From Hydrurus foetidus (Eukaryota): DNA of 50,913 nucleotides. Of the stretch, positions 35,901-46,516 are shown piece by piece. Below the pieces are notes generated by a model that made no database searches, had not been told where the DNA came from, and worked only from the letters and a program-made list of their open reading frames with translations. Location of the stretch: the NCBI GenBank assembly GCA_900617105.1, contig UYFQ01000602.1, positions 1 through 50,913 on the forward strand. Direction: 5' to 3'. Within the stretch, counting starts at the first letter, position 1, and each line of letters opens with the position of its first letter. Both the position numbers and the translations under genes were made by a program.

Positions 35901-36488
35901 GAAATTCCAAGAACAGACGAAAGTGTGAGTACACACAAATTATCAACACTATACTAAATCACCGTACGTGCTGGACGGAAATGGATGCGCTGACCGTGCA
36001 AAGGGTCCGTGGGGGACGCCCACACGGGTGCTCGTGAATGGCTATTTGTGCAAGCCGAACCGTACGGTAAGTTAAGAGATGTTGAATCCCATTCTCAGTC
36101 ACTTTTCTGTCTACTGGCAGATATCAGCCAATCATCGGGCTGCAGACATCGTTGGCATTACGATCGTTTCCGGAGGCCTCACTATACCAGGTTCCATTGT
36201 AAAAAGTTATTTTTATCACAAGCTCTTTTGAATCTCAAAAGCTCGTCGAAAGAGACTATTGATCATCTTGACTAACACTGAAACCCACCGACTTAGGTGT
36301 TTTCCTCTGACGAGAAGTGCTGGAAGACATTGATCAAGAGCAATCTGAAGTCGGATCTTCATTGGAAGGTTTGTAATAAAAGAAGTTGTCCCTCACTGTC
36401 CGTTGCCTTAGACGAAAGTTTAGTTGACGATTTTTGAGCTTATTTTCATGGATATTGCGTCGCTGTGGCTACAATTTTGCATACGATG

Positions 36489-37014
36489 TGTCAGCTTATA
36501 TCAGCGATAAGTGCTATTTATAGCTGTATATAGCCGTTATAATCATCAATATGTAGCTAGGAATATCTCATACGTAAGTACATATATGCAGTTCGTAACT
36601 ACATACAATGATCACTTTAAGTCGCTTCCTCAATGCTTATCGTATCATGTATAGTGTCATTGTTGTGGGTTCATGACCGCATATTTAGTATAGATTCCAG
36701 ATTTTATGGTATGAGGGTACGAGAACTTTTCCATGTGTGATGTGTGGTTTGAAGTATATCTCGTCGCTCGTCAACGTAGGCTTAAATCTACGAGTTCAAA
36801 TTCAAATCTGAAATGGATGACGAATGAGATCTTATTGACTTGCGGCAGGTAGAATGATGTTCATCATGCAACGTCTTTTCAATTCGCATGTGTTTAGTTT
36901 CTAATTCTTAACGAATATTCGATACTCAACTCCCAAACTTCTTCGCCTGGTCGCTTGTGCTCTTGGCCTCCTGCGACCTCATTGATCGTTCCCGATCAAC
37001 TGACATGGTAGCGA
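36489..37014 (+). promoter_or_regulatory. Candidate copia 5' LTR (36489-37005) and primer-binding site (TGGTAGCGA, from 37006)
   Basis: TGTCAG...CTGACA terminal inverted hexamer followed immediately by TGG, just upstream of the first ORF. The 3' LTR is not in the window to confirm this. Confidence 0.5.
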
Positions 37015-37062
37015 TTGAAGCCTGAAGACTTCAAAGTTAAGTTACCCGATTCCCCGTCCACA

Positions 37063-39769
37063 ATGATGCGAACAAGATCTGGCGCCGGTGGCGATTCACC
37101 CGATGCCGAAGATGACTTCAGCGAGGAAATTACCGACGACGGCCCTCCTCCGCCGCAAAATGATATGTCCGATATGGATCCTGCTTTGGAAGAGCAGGTG
37201 CTTGAGACCAACGTTGACGTTGTGTTTGATAGCTCTGCCTTCCAGGCAGCTGTAGATAGGGAAGTTGCCCGAGTTCTTAGGCAGAGAGAGAATGATGCGA
37301 AGGTTGATGCCCCTTATGGGACAGTCGACATTGCTCTACGGGCGGATCTACCGTTGCGTGATCAGCCCCACTCTCGAACCCTATTATCTCGGGCGAATCC
37401 ACCCATTGTAAGAATGTCCAGCGCGTATGTGTCCGAGAATGTTGAACAAAGTAGCATAAGAAAAATCCATCCAATGAATAATGAGTGGGGAAACTCTGGC
37501 AAAAATTTTCCAACCCTATGAATATTGATAGATTCAGCTACTCCAACAACAATATTTCTCAACAACGACGCGATTCTGATGCGTGGAACCAAAATTATAG
37601 TCGGTGCGAAAGTCCTAGTTGGAATAATAACAATAATTCTCAACAACAACGTAGTTCGAATAATAACAACACATCTAATAGATCACAGCAAGAGCGTGCT
37701 GAAAATATTAGACAGTCCTCTTCTTCTCCCAATATTCATGAGTATGAATCTGAGGAAAGCTATAATAGACGAACGCCAAAACTGCGGCATAGATTAGTCC
37801 CTCAGACTACATATATCAAAGTTGCGCAAGTATTCATAAGTGAATGCGAAAAGAATAAGATAGATATGCATACCTCGATTACGGGGATTACATGCTCCAT
37901 TAGCCAATGCTGATTTGCTTACTCTCTTGACCGGACATCGTCCGCAACCTGTCATAGACCTTGAAGTAAATAAGTACGGTTACTCAGAAAGCCGTGTAAT
38001 TAGCATACCTGTTCTTTCTCAAATTGATGAGGATTCTTCATCTGTCTTTTCTACTAATACCGTCGAGTGCCTATTCTTTTGCCATTTTAAAGTGAGAATA
38101 GGATTTTGACAACGGTCAGAATCACGGAAACTTTGACACGGTAATTGCCAACGGGAACTGCTAACTCCTGGGACATAGAGTTACACACAAATGTGATTGT
38201 GGATTCGGAAAGAGCATAGTTATTTTAGTAACAGTGCCTCTTCAGTTTTCAATCTGCGCTCCCCAAAATCGAGAAATTTCGATTGCAAGGGACCGAAAGT
38301 TCATTTTGGATCGCGATTTGCAGCCGATCTGCTTATCGTAGGTGCATGACCATCATATATCAAAAGATGCGGACAACTTCAGGCAACACCTGACACATCT
38401 CATCGGGGTCCCCACTTCTCTAGTTGTCGCAAAATTGCTGTCAAAAATCCTCGAAATTCCGAAAACCGGAAATCGAAAATGGCAAAAGAATAGGCACTCG
38501 ACGGTAACACAACTCATTTCGAGGACATTATGTTGAAGGAAGACGATGCCTTTAAGTTTAAATATGATAATGAGAGATTATATTTATTGGTATTCGCCAT
38601 GTTTCACCAAAATCTTCATCATCATGTTACTATCCAAAGCGAATCCACACGCAATGGGATTAATGCATATCATGATATCCATCAATTTGTGTTTGGTCAG
38701 AAGCAAATTGATATTAAGTTCGCCAAACGCGCTCTTGAAAATCATAAAGTAAATATACATTCCCCAATGCGGACAGAATATTCTCGATGGGAAACTGCGT
38801 TCTCTAACCTCGAGCATGCCCAAATGCGGCGCCTAACAGAAGTTGAAAAAATATCTTGGTTATCAGATCAATTCAAAGATGATCCCAGATCCCAAATACA
38901 ATCCTGCTTCGTTTCCAGTGCGTCCAGTAATGAATCTTATAGTCTGATTATAGAAAAACCTCTCCGTACATACGATCTCATATCCGAAAATACCACATCT
39001 CGTGTTGCAAGTTTCGATACCTCAAATATGACTTCCAGTATTTCCGAGCCTCATATTCTATATCAGAATACTCTTTCAAATTCTGGTGCTCCTCCTCCAA
39101 ATCCTCCACTTCAAAACAAGTATAAACCTAATAACAATTATGACCCCAATAAGTCAGCCAGTCAAAAGAATGCCAAGACTCAACCACCAAAAGTTGACAG
39201 TCGGAATAGTGACAAAAAGAGATTAGCTGCCGGAGGCTTTTGTTTTAAGTTCAATATGGATGTGTGCCCCAAATCGGCTCAAGAATGTCAATATAAGCAT
39301 GCTGAAAGACTTTCGACCTCCTACACCTCCTCGTCGTGATAATTATCCGGTATCCTCGGCCAAAACCCAACCGGCTAATCCCGTATATCCTAACCCAAGT
39401 TTCAAGTTAACTCAAATTCAACTTGATTCTGTGGGACCTATGTCTGGCAATGCTCATGGCAAATATGCTGGCGGATATTCTCAAAATCAAATTAAGAAAT
39501 TAAAGACCTTAGAAGAGGTACTAAATCAAGCCACTACACCCACTGAGCATCGTGTTCAAGCGTTCTCCAGTTGGGGCAATCCATCTCAGCCTGCATATAC
39601 AACGCATGGTGAGAAAGCTAATACACTAATGAGAATTCGAATCGACCCGAATAATCAGCGTATATTAAAGACGCAACGGTTAGATAATTCTTGTCATAAT
39701 AAAGATTATTCAAATAAGATTACAGATAATGATTTAAAAACAATCAGAGATGTTTACTTCAAAATGTAA
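37063..39769 (+). pseudogene. gag: Copia gag region, frameshifted and interrupted by a MITE; CCCH zinc finger
   Basis: Chain of + ORFs starting MMRTRSG. Capsid-like segment (RNGINAYHDIHQF). CFKFNMDVCPKSAQECQYKH. Confidence 0.6.
38060..38504. mobile_element. MITE inserted in copia gag
   Basis: Perfect 29-bp TIR CCGTCGAGTGCCTATTCTTTTGCCATTTT with TA TSD. Removal restores the frame STN-N-TTHFEDIMLK. Confidence 0.93.
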
Positions 39770-39912
39770 ATAATGAATACTCCGCATGCACCATCCCTCT
39801 TCGCGCTATTATTGCGTCGATACTTCTAGCCGAACAATATTACGTCTTTCACAGACATGTTCCGCACTATAATAGAACTGATCCTTCGGTATCTATTACA
39901 CCATTCCATTTC

Positions 39913-41758
39913 TTGTGGAAACGCACACGTACTATCAAAGATAATCAGGAAAGAGATAATCAATATACTGACATCTTTCAATGGCATTCGAATCCTATGG
40001 CGCGTAAACGTAAGGACATTCGTGATCGTACAGTCCCATGGATGCATCTGATGTATTGTATTGCATCTACATTAATGCAATCAATAGTCATCCTTCCTTC
40101 TGCTGAAAAAGTGGCCTCATCACGGCACTTTATGACATTCAACCCTTATGCTGCCAGCAGAGAGTACTATCTCACTTCACTTCGCATCGGACATTTCTGG
40201 TCCCAGATGACTACTGTGAGTGAATATGTTGAAATCATTCGACGACTCGAGCAGAGTGCTCATCACAATACTGTTAATCATAACATGTTGTTCGTTGACA
40301 CAGTAATACATGCTGTTATACTTGACTTCATGGCATTTGCCGGTCAACATTTGGGTTACTATCATGATCAGTCTACACCACGTAAGGAAGATTTCCTTCG
40401 TCGTTTTCTCTTAAATGATATCGAAGCACAAACAGAACCTTCATTCTGTTATAATGGAATCAAAGCAACCTTTCTTCTCATTGCCCGATTAATTAAACCC
40501 ATCAAAGATCCCATCAAACGAGCTCTCTCCTCCGCATTAACAAAGAAAGTTGATGAATGTCTATCCGTTCAAGAACGACCTATAGATGGTACTAGCTTTC
40601 GTCCTCGAAATGGACCTCTAATTAGAGTCATTTACTCGCGCGCAGATTCTCCCAGTTTAGCAAACGAACCATCAGATCAAATGCGTCACGGGTCCAACTC
40701 AAGTCCACGTGGTTTACAACACTACGATGATGATGATAATCTTAGGCACGATGATACAAGTAGTGGTAGTGACAGCGGCCCTGAAAGTGAGCCTAGTCCT
40801 GTTCTTTCCCCTTCACAACGTGTATACATCCCTAGCCCCATCCCTCCACCATCTCGTCCGGTATACCGACCTGATCCAGTATATGAGTCTCCTGCTCTTA
40901 TTGGCGAACGTCGTATCATCGACTATGATGCATATTGTAAAACGTTAACTCGACTTCAAAGTGATAACGACCTCAACGACTACTTCCACAGTGACGTTGA
41001 ATCTGTTGAGTTGAGTGACGATGAACAAGAAGTCATGAATAAATGGTCCAAAAATAGAAGTGATGATGACGAGAATAATCCAGAAACACCTCAAGAACGT
41101 AATCAGCGGTATCGAAACATGTTAATAGAAACAATGTCAAAATATACGAAAAGGAAATATGATACAGTAAATAGTGCAAGAAAAGAGTCAGTCGACAAAA
41201 CACAACAAGACACATCTATTAATTCCGATGAACAGAACAATGAAAAAGTGTCCCAAATGAATGAATCTCCACACTCCTCTCCTACACAAATACTTATAAT
41301 CTCTACTCCTACTACCTATATTCCTGATATTCCTTCTTTAGTTAATACCTCTCCTTACAAGTCCACAGATCCATTCGAAGTCATGTATTACCAAGATCCC
41401 AGATCTTTCCTCTGGAACATTGAACCTTACCCAGTATCCACTAAAAGGATACCGTGATGGCCCTCGTGACGTTTTTACCAACAATTTGATTGACATGTCT
41501 CTAGATCGTCATTTTCCTGACAGCAATCTAGCTGATGATATGTACAATGCTATCACAGCTACAGAAGAAAATAATGCTGCAGTAAGACGTCAATTTGAGG
41601 ATTATGACACTGATTCAACAGTCGATGATCCCCATGAACCACCTGTAGAAGCCCATGATGCCATTCAAGTTGACAACTTTCTTAATGAGGCTCAACAGCA
41701 AATAAACTTTGAAAATGAAATTCATAATGAAATTAATAATGATAAATTGAAAATATAG
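39913..41758 (+). CDS. Unknown coding region between copia Gag and protease
   Basis: 514-aa and 112-aa + strand ORFs, helical-looking then acidic/Pro-rich. No recognised motif. Confidence 0.5.
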
Positions 41759-41814
41759 TCCTACCCATAATTGTAGAAATTCCTCCACCAGAAGTAGTAC
41801 ATGTCCCTACAGAT

Positions 41815-44315
41815 TTGTATCATATAATCACTCCTGAAACTCCTGATACGACTTTGTTCGATTACTATTATAATCTGAACGTCCTTCGTACCAATTCTCA
41901 TCTTAAAGCTATAAAACAAACACCTCATCAAATTATTTTTGATTCTGGTGCTTCTACTTGTGCTACGGCTGATGCTTCGTTGATTGATGATATAGTATAT
42001 GGTAATGGTGTTAAAGCTATTCCAGCTTTTGGTCCACCAGTTACTTCCCAAGCATCCGGCAAATATGGCCCCCTTGGTTTAGACATTATACTAATGCCAG
42101 GAATGAAAGAAACTCAAATATCAATATCTGAATTATGTCATGGTGGTATATCCGGTGAGCCTAATGGTGTCTTCATTACATCGGAAGGTCTACGTTGTTT
42201 TACAATAGCAAGCGTACGCCACCCTATGCAACTAATGTATGATCATGGAAAGGAAATAGTTCGTGGATTCTTATCCAATGGTGTCTATGTATATAAGGGT
42301 CCTGATGATAACTACAATAATGGACCAGTCAATAATACAGTCCAAGTTCCTCTTACAAATCCGACATCTCCAATGCCTATCTCCAATCAACCTATCCCTC
42401 TAAATAAGTCTATTCATAAGACGACTACAATACCATTACAATTATACCTGACTCAGTTTAAACCTGTTTCATTGTATGATCATGTACATATAGTAACCGG
42501 ACATCCCGGTAATGCAGGCATGGCCTGGCATCTCAAAAATTCCACGGGAGCAAAATACTCCGAGGAAGATGCGTCCAAACAACGGGGTGCATGCAAAGGT
42601 TGTGTATACGGTACGATGCATCAAACACCTACCGATCACAGACGAGAGCATCGCGATCTTCCTACTAAACCTGGACAATGTTTCACACTCGATGCTTATT
42701 CTCATACTTCATATTCCACACGTGGATACAAGTATTGTGATATATACACTGATATAGCTACACGTCGTAGTTATCCAGTATTCACCAAGGATAGATCAGC
42801 ACATGAATTATGTGAACAAAGCAATAAACTCTTCTGTCAACACCCAGAATGGCAATATGTTCATGATACTGACACTCGTCGGTTCATACGAGTAGACCCT
42901 GAACGCAACTATAAATCGTTCGAGTTCCTCGCATTCGCCTCCTCCAAGGGTTACAGCCTCGAACGCACACCTGCACGTGACAAACATGCCGGCGGTATTG
43001 CTGAGCGCGCAGTTGGACACATTGTTGCCAAAACTAATGTCGCCATGTTAAGCCCTGATATTCCTGTGCCTCAATCATTCTGGGATTAAGATTTATGTCG
43101 ATGACGAAGAGCCTTATGACCGTGAATTTGTTTTTTACAGATCACTATGTCCCTTTCCTACACCGACCAGCTGCTCCTCTAGAATTACAAGGAGAATTAG
43201 CTGAACCACATGTTGAGATAGTCGAAGATACTTTTGAACCTGACTTTCCTGAACGGTCTCAAGTCCTCGCTCCTCCATGTGAAAAAGAACAACATACACC
43301 AATACCATCTGAAGATGTCAATAACGAAAATATTAATATTATTGATGATCAAAATGAACCAGTATATTGGTATAGTCTTCAAGTAAAGAATGATGAATAT
43401 GCAAAAGTAATGTGTGAATCACAGCATTATTCAAAATTAGGTGTACCAGTTGATCCTAGAATTCCTAAATCTTTTAAACAAGCTATTCAAATTCCAGCGT
43501 GGAAAATAGCCATTGATAAAGAATGTGAGAAATTCGCCAAAAATGATTGCTTTATTGTTGTTCCTTTTAATGGTCAACAATTAGTATCAATGTTATGGCT
43601 TTTTAGTATTAAAACTGATGGTACTTTTAAAGCTAGACTTGTTGGCCGTGGTGATCTAATGCAACCTTGGGTTCATTTCCATCCAGACCAAGTATATTGT
43701 GGAAATGTTTGTGCTTGTTCTATTAAGATTTGCCTTGCTATCGCTGCAAAATATAAACTCACAATGCGAGATGGCGATTTAGAAGGTGCTTATTTAGTAA
43801 CACGTGCAAATAAAGATTACCCAATATTTATAAGAACTCCTGAAGGATATAAAATACCTTTCGGAATGTGCATACAATCCATTGGCAATTTATACGGAAC
43901 TCCAACAGCCGGTCAAAATTTTAGTATAGAATTTGACAAATGTGTAATGGAGTGTGGATATCAAAATACACCATGGGATTTGAAATTATTTTACAAATGG
44001 ATCGATGACAGAATACTATTGTTAATGGCTCATAGTGATGATTTCCGATGGTTTGGTGATTTAAAAGATATTGCAGAATGGGATTTACTGCTCAAAAGTT
44101 TTAATAACCATAAATACAAAGTAACTGACTGCACTGACAAAGAATTTGGAGGCATTCGTATTACTTGCGATGAAAACTTGAATTATTTCATTGATCAAAC
44201 AAGAATGGTAAGAGACATTATCGATGGAATTGGAATGAAAAACGCTAAAGACGAAACATTGCCATACCCGTTAGATAGACTCAGTTTATCAAAATTAGAT
44301 AATGTAACTCCAGCA
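41815..44315 (+). pseudogene. pol: Copia pol: protease, integrase (C-terminus apparently deleted at about 43087) and RT, truncated by gypsy copy 3
   Basis: FDSGAS; HIVTGH...CKGC; FTLDAY, IRVDPE, GIAERAVG; PKSFKQA, WKIAIDKE, KARLVGRG, NLYG, HSDDF. Confidence 0.88.
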
Positions 44316-44904
44316 CATCGACCTACTTCCTATCTGGACTACAATAGCGCTATTCGTCCACTCTTTCTTCTGCTACTTCTCATTCCGTCTACTCGTCCCA
44401 ACCTGTAGATAAGACTTCTGAGCACCCGCTCAACGACTTTCGAGCCGTTTCCTTCTGTAGCCATTGGCTTAGAAGACCTAGTCTAAGTTAGAGAAAGTCA
44501 GATTACCTGCTTTCTTGGAATCCCCGTGCATTGGGCTCTTCCAAACTTGACATTTTGGTCGAAGTTGATTTATCCTTCCCAAAAGTCATTTTAGACTTGC
44601 TCCGCTGGTCGATCGAATCACAGATTCATCACCAGAGACACAAAGTTAGTCTATAGACTTCTTTTCGTCGACGTTGAGCAACGTCTTTGACCTTAACGGT
44701 CACTCAGATTTTCTACCACTCTAAATTTGGCTTTCACGCCATAGAACTTTTCAGTTCAAGAGTTGGTTAGAATTGCTTTATTCGTTGTTACTGACGTTAC
44801 AGTACCCGTTTGCGAACGAGGCGAAGCTCTTGAAAAAAATTCTGAGCAGGGGTTATCGATCTCCATTGACTTTCAGTGAGATTTACATCGATAAGTGATT
44901 AGAC

Positions 44905-46416
44905 ATGTCATCACCACCTAACCCAAACCCTGATCCGAATCCGGACGAAGAGGAGATTGCACGTCTGGCAGCTTTAGCCGCGCTCAACGAGTCGACTATC
45001 TCAATGTCGAACTCGCTGTTCCCAGCTTTCCCCTCGACGATGCAACTCCAGGGTGAGGTGTTCGTCCTCAGGCATAACTTCATTGATGAAGCTGATGCGA
45101 CTGAGTTCTACGAACAGGCTCAGAGGTACCCGTTGATGAAGCTAACCGATTGCATGCAGAAGCAGGCAATCGAGTTACTTAATTTCAGGATCATGATCGA
45201 TCCTGAATTTAACATCATCGATAGACGACAACGCCATGATTGGCAGACTAAATTGTCGGTACTTCAGGTAGCCAAACTGATAATAAAGTACTTCTCGCCA
45301 AATGGTTTGGGAGAATGTACTCTGGCAGAGAGCTTTAGCCAAGTTCCCTTCCATTATCAGATCGCTAACCACGATCATGAGAATGCCACATTCGTACGTT
45401 ACAACGAACTTGTGAGCACTTATGAGAGGTCTAAGGGACCATTATCAGAGACTCAGCATGCTGAGCTCATATTGATTTTGGAGAAGCGCCTAGCCAAGGG
45501 TAGTCAAATCCAACAGGATTACCTGAAAGCGAAAGCTGCTGACAATACCCCACCTCATACGTGGTATTCGACTATGCTACGCATTGGTCAGGTTCTTGCC
45601 GAGGCTAGGGCAATGATGAACCTCATCAAAAGCTATGGCAACCCGGACACGGTGTACTCGTTTCCTGCATCAGCAGTTCCACCAGACGTTGGTAAGAAGG
45701 AGACGAGTAGAGCGAGTGCTAAAGCACCCTCACCTACACCCTCCGCTTCGTCGAGATCAGTCACTGCTACTGTGCGTACTCCTAGCTCGTACGTTCCGAC
45801 GCAGCACGGACTCTCTGTCCGTGCTTCCACGGAAGTACCGCTCGTACCGATGTTTCGTCCGTGCCGGTCGTGCGGAGCTACGTCGCACAATTTGGCAGAC
45901 TGCCCCATCCTGTACTACTCCGACTCCAACACGAATCACCAAGTTGAGTGGGAGAGTTCTACAGTGGGGATGGCTTGGGCCGCGGTGGGGTACTCTGAAT
46001 GGCAACTCAACCTCGTCCTTCCTGGATACGAGGAACGAGTTCAGTTCTACCCCAGAGGTTCTAAACCTTACTTGATGTGTAACGACAACAAGCGCGCCAA
46101 GAACAGCCATGGTTCTGGGAACCACTCCAACACCTCGGATGGTTCAGATCGTTCCAACCAGGGTCAAGGAGGAAACTCCCAGAACCAATCTGGTTATGGT
46201 AACCAGGGTAACCAGGGGGTGGTAGAGGAAAGCAAAGGGGCCATCAAAACCCCAATGCGAACCAATACCAGGGCCGTGGGTCCGGCGGTAAGGGTAAATA
46301 CAACCCCCCGCAGGGACACAACCCTCCTCCCAACACTCAGCCGGGACAACACCAGGGTAAGAACCTTGCCCATGACTGTGTGGCTGCCACATTCGATGAT
46401 GATGTCTTTAATCTGA
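44905..46416 (+). CDS. gag: Gag of gypsy copy 3
   Basis: CCHC knuckle. The C-terminal G/Q/N-rich tail reads more naturally in another frame after the G-run at about 46215. Confidence 0.85.
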   Translation: MSSPPNPNPDPNPDEEEIARLAALAALNESTISMSNSLFPAFPSTMQLQGEVFVLRHNFIDEADATEFYEQAQRYPLMKLTDCMQKQAIELLNFRIMIDPEFNIIDRRQRHDWQTKLSVLQVAKLIIKYFSPNGLGECTLAESFSQVPFHYQIANHDHENATFVRYNELVSTYERSKGPLSETQHAELILILEKRLAKGSQIQQDYLKAKAADNTPPHTWYSTMLRIGQVLAEARAMMNLIKSYGNPDTVYSFPASAVPPDVGKKETSRASAKAPSPTPSASSRSVTATVRTPSSYVPTQHGLSVRASTEVPLVPMFRPCRSCGATSHNLADCPILYYSDSNTNHQVEWESSTVGMAWAAVGYSEWQLNLVLPGYEERVQFYPRGSKPYLMCNDNKRAKNSHGSGNHSNTSDGSDRSNQGQGGNSQNQSGYGNQGNQGVVEESKGAIKTPMRTNTRAVGPAVRVNTTPRRDTTLLPTLSRDNTRVRTLPMTVWLPHSMMMSLI

Positions 46417-46516
46417 CTGATGATCATCTCGAAGTGCAGCCACTTGTACCTATTCGTGAAGAATTTTACATACCCCTTCCACCCTCGCTTCTCACCACCT
46501 TAACGTTACGGTTATT

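Larger units (their letters stand above)
22617..36007 (+). mobile_element. Sola2-like cut-and-paste DNA transposon with TIRs and a 4-bp TSD (CGTG), carrying nested insertions
   Basis: Left end CGTG|GACCCTT(CGCACTT)TGCACAGTCAGCGCATCCA; right end TGGATGCGCTGACCGTGCAAAGGGTC|CGTG. Encloses a DDD transposase gene. The superfamily call rests on recalled motif similarity. Confidence 0.72.
36489..44315 (+). mobile_element. Defective Ty1/copia LTR retrotransposon
   Basis: Domain order is protease (IIFDSGAS), HHCC, integrase, RT (FKARLVGRG, GDLEGAYL, HSDD). Candidate 5' LTR and PBS upstream. The left boundary is tentative. Confidence 0.85.

Noticed and set aside
36661..36680. Minus-strand GGTCATGAACCC resembling a half-tRNA-Met PBS
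   Set aside because: Wrong strand for the adjacent copia, and no associated LTR or ORF.
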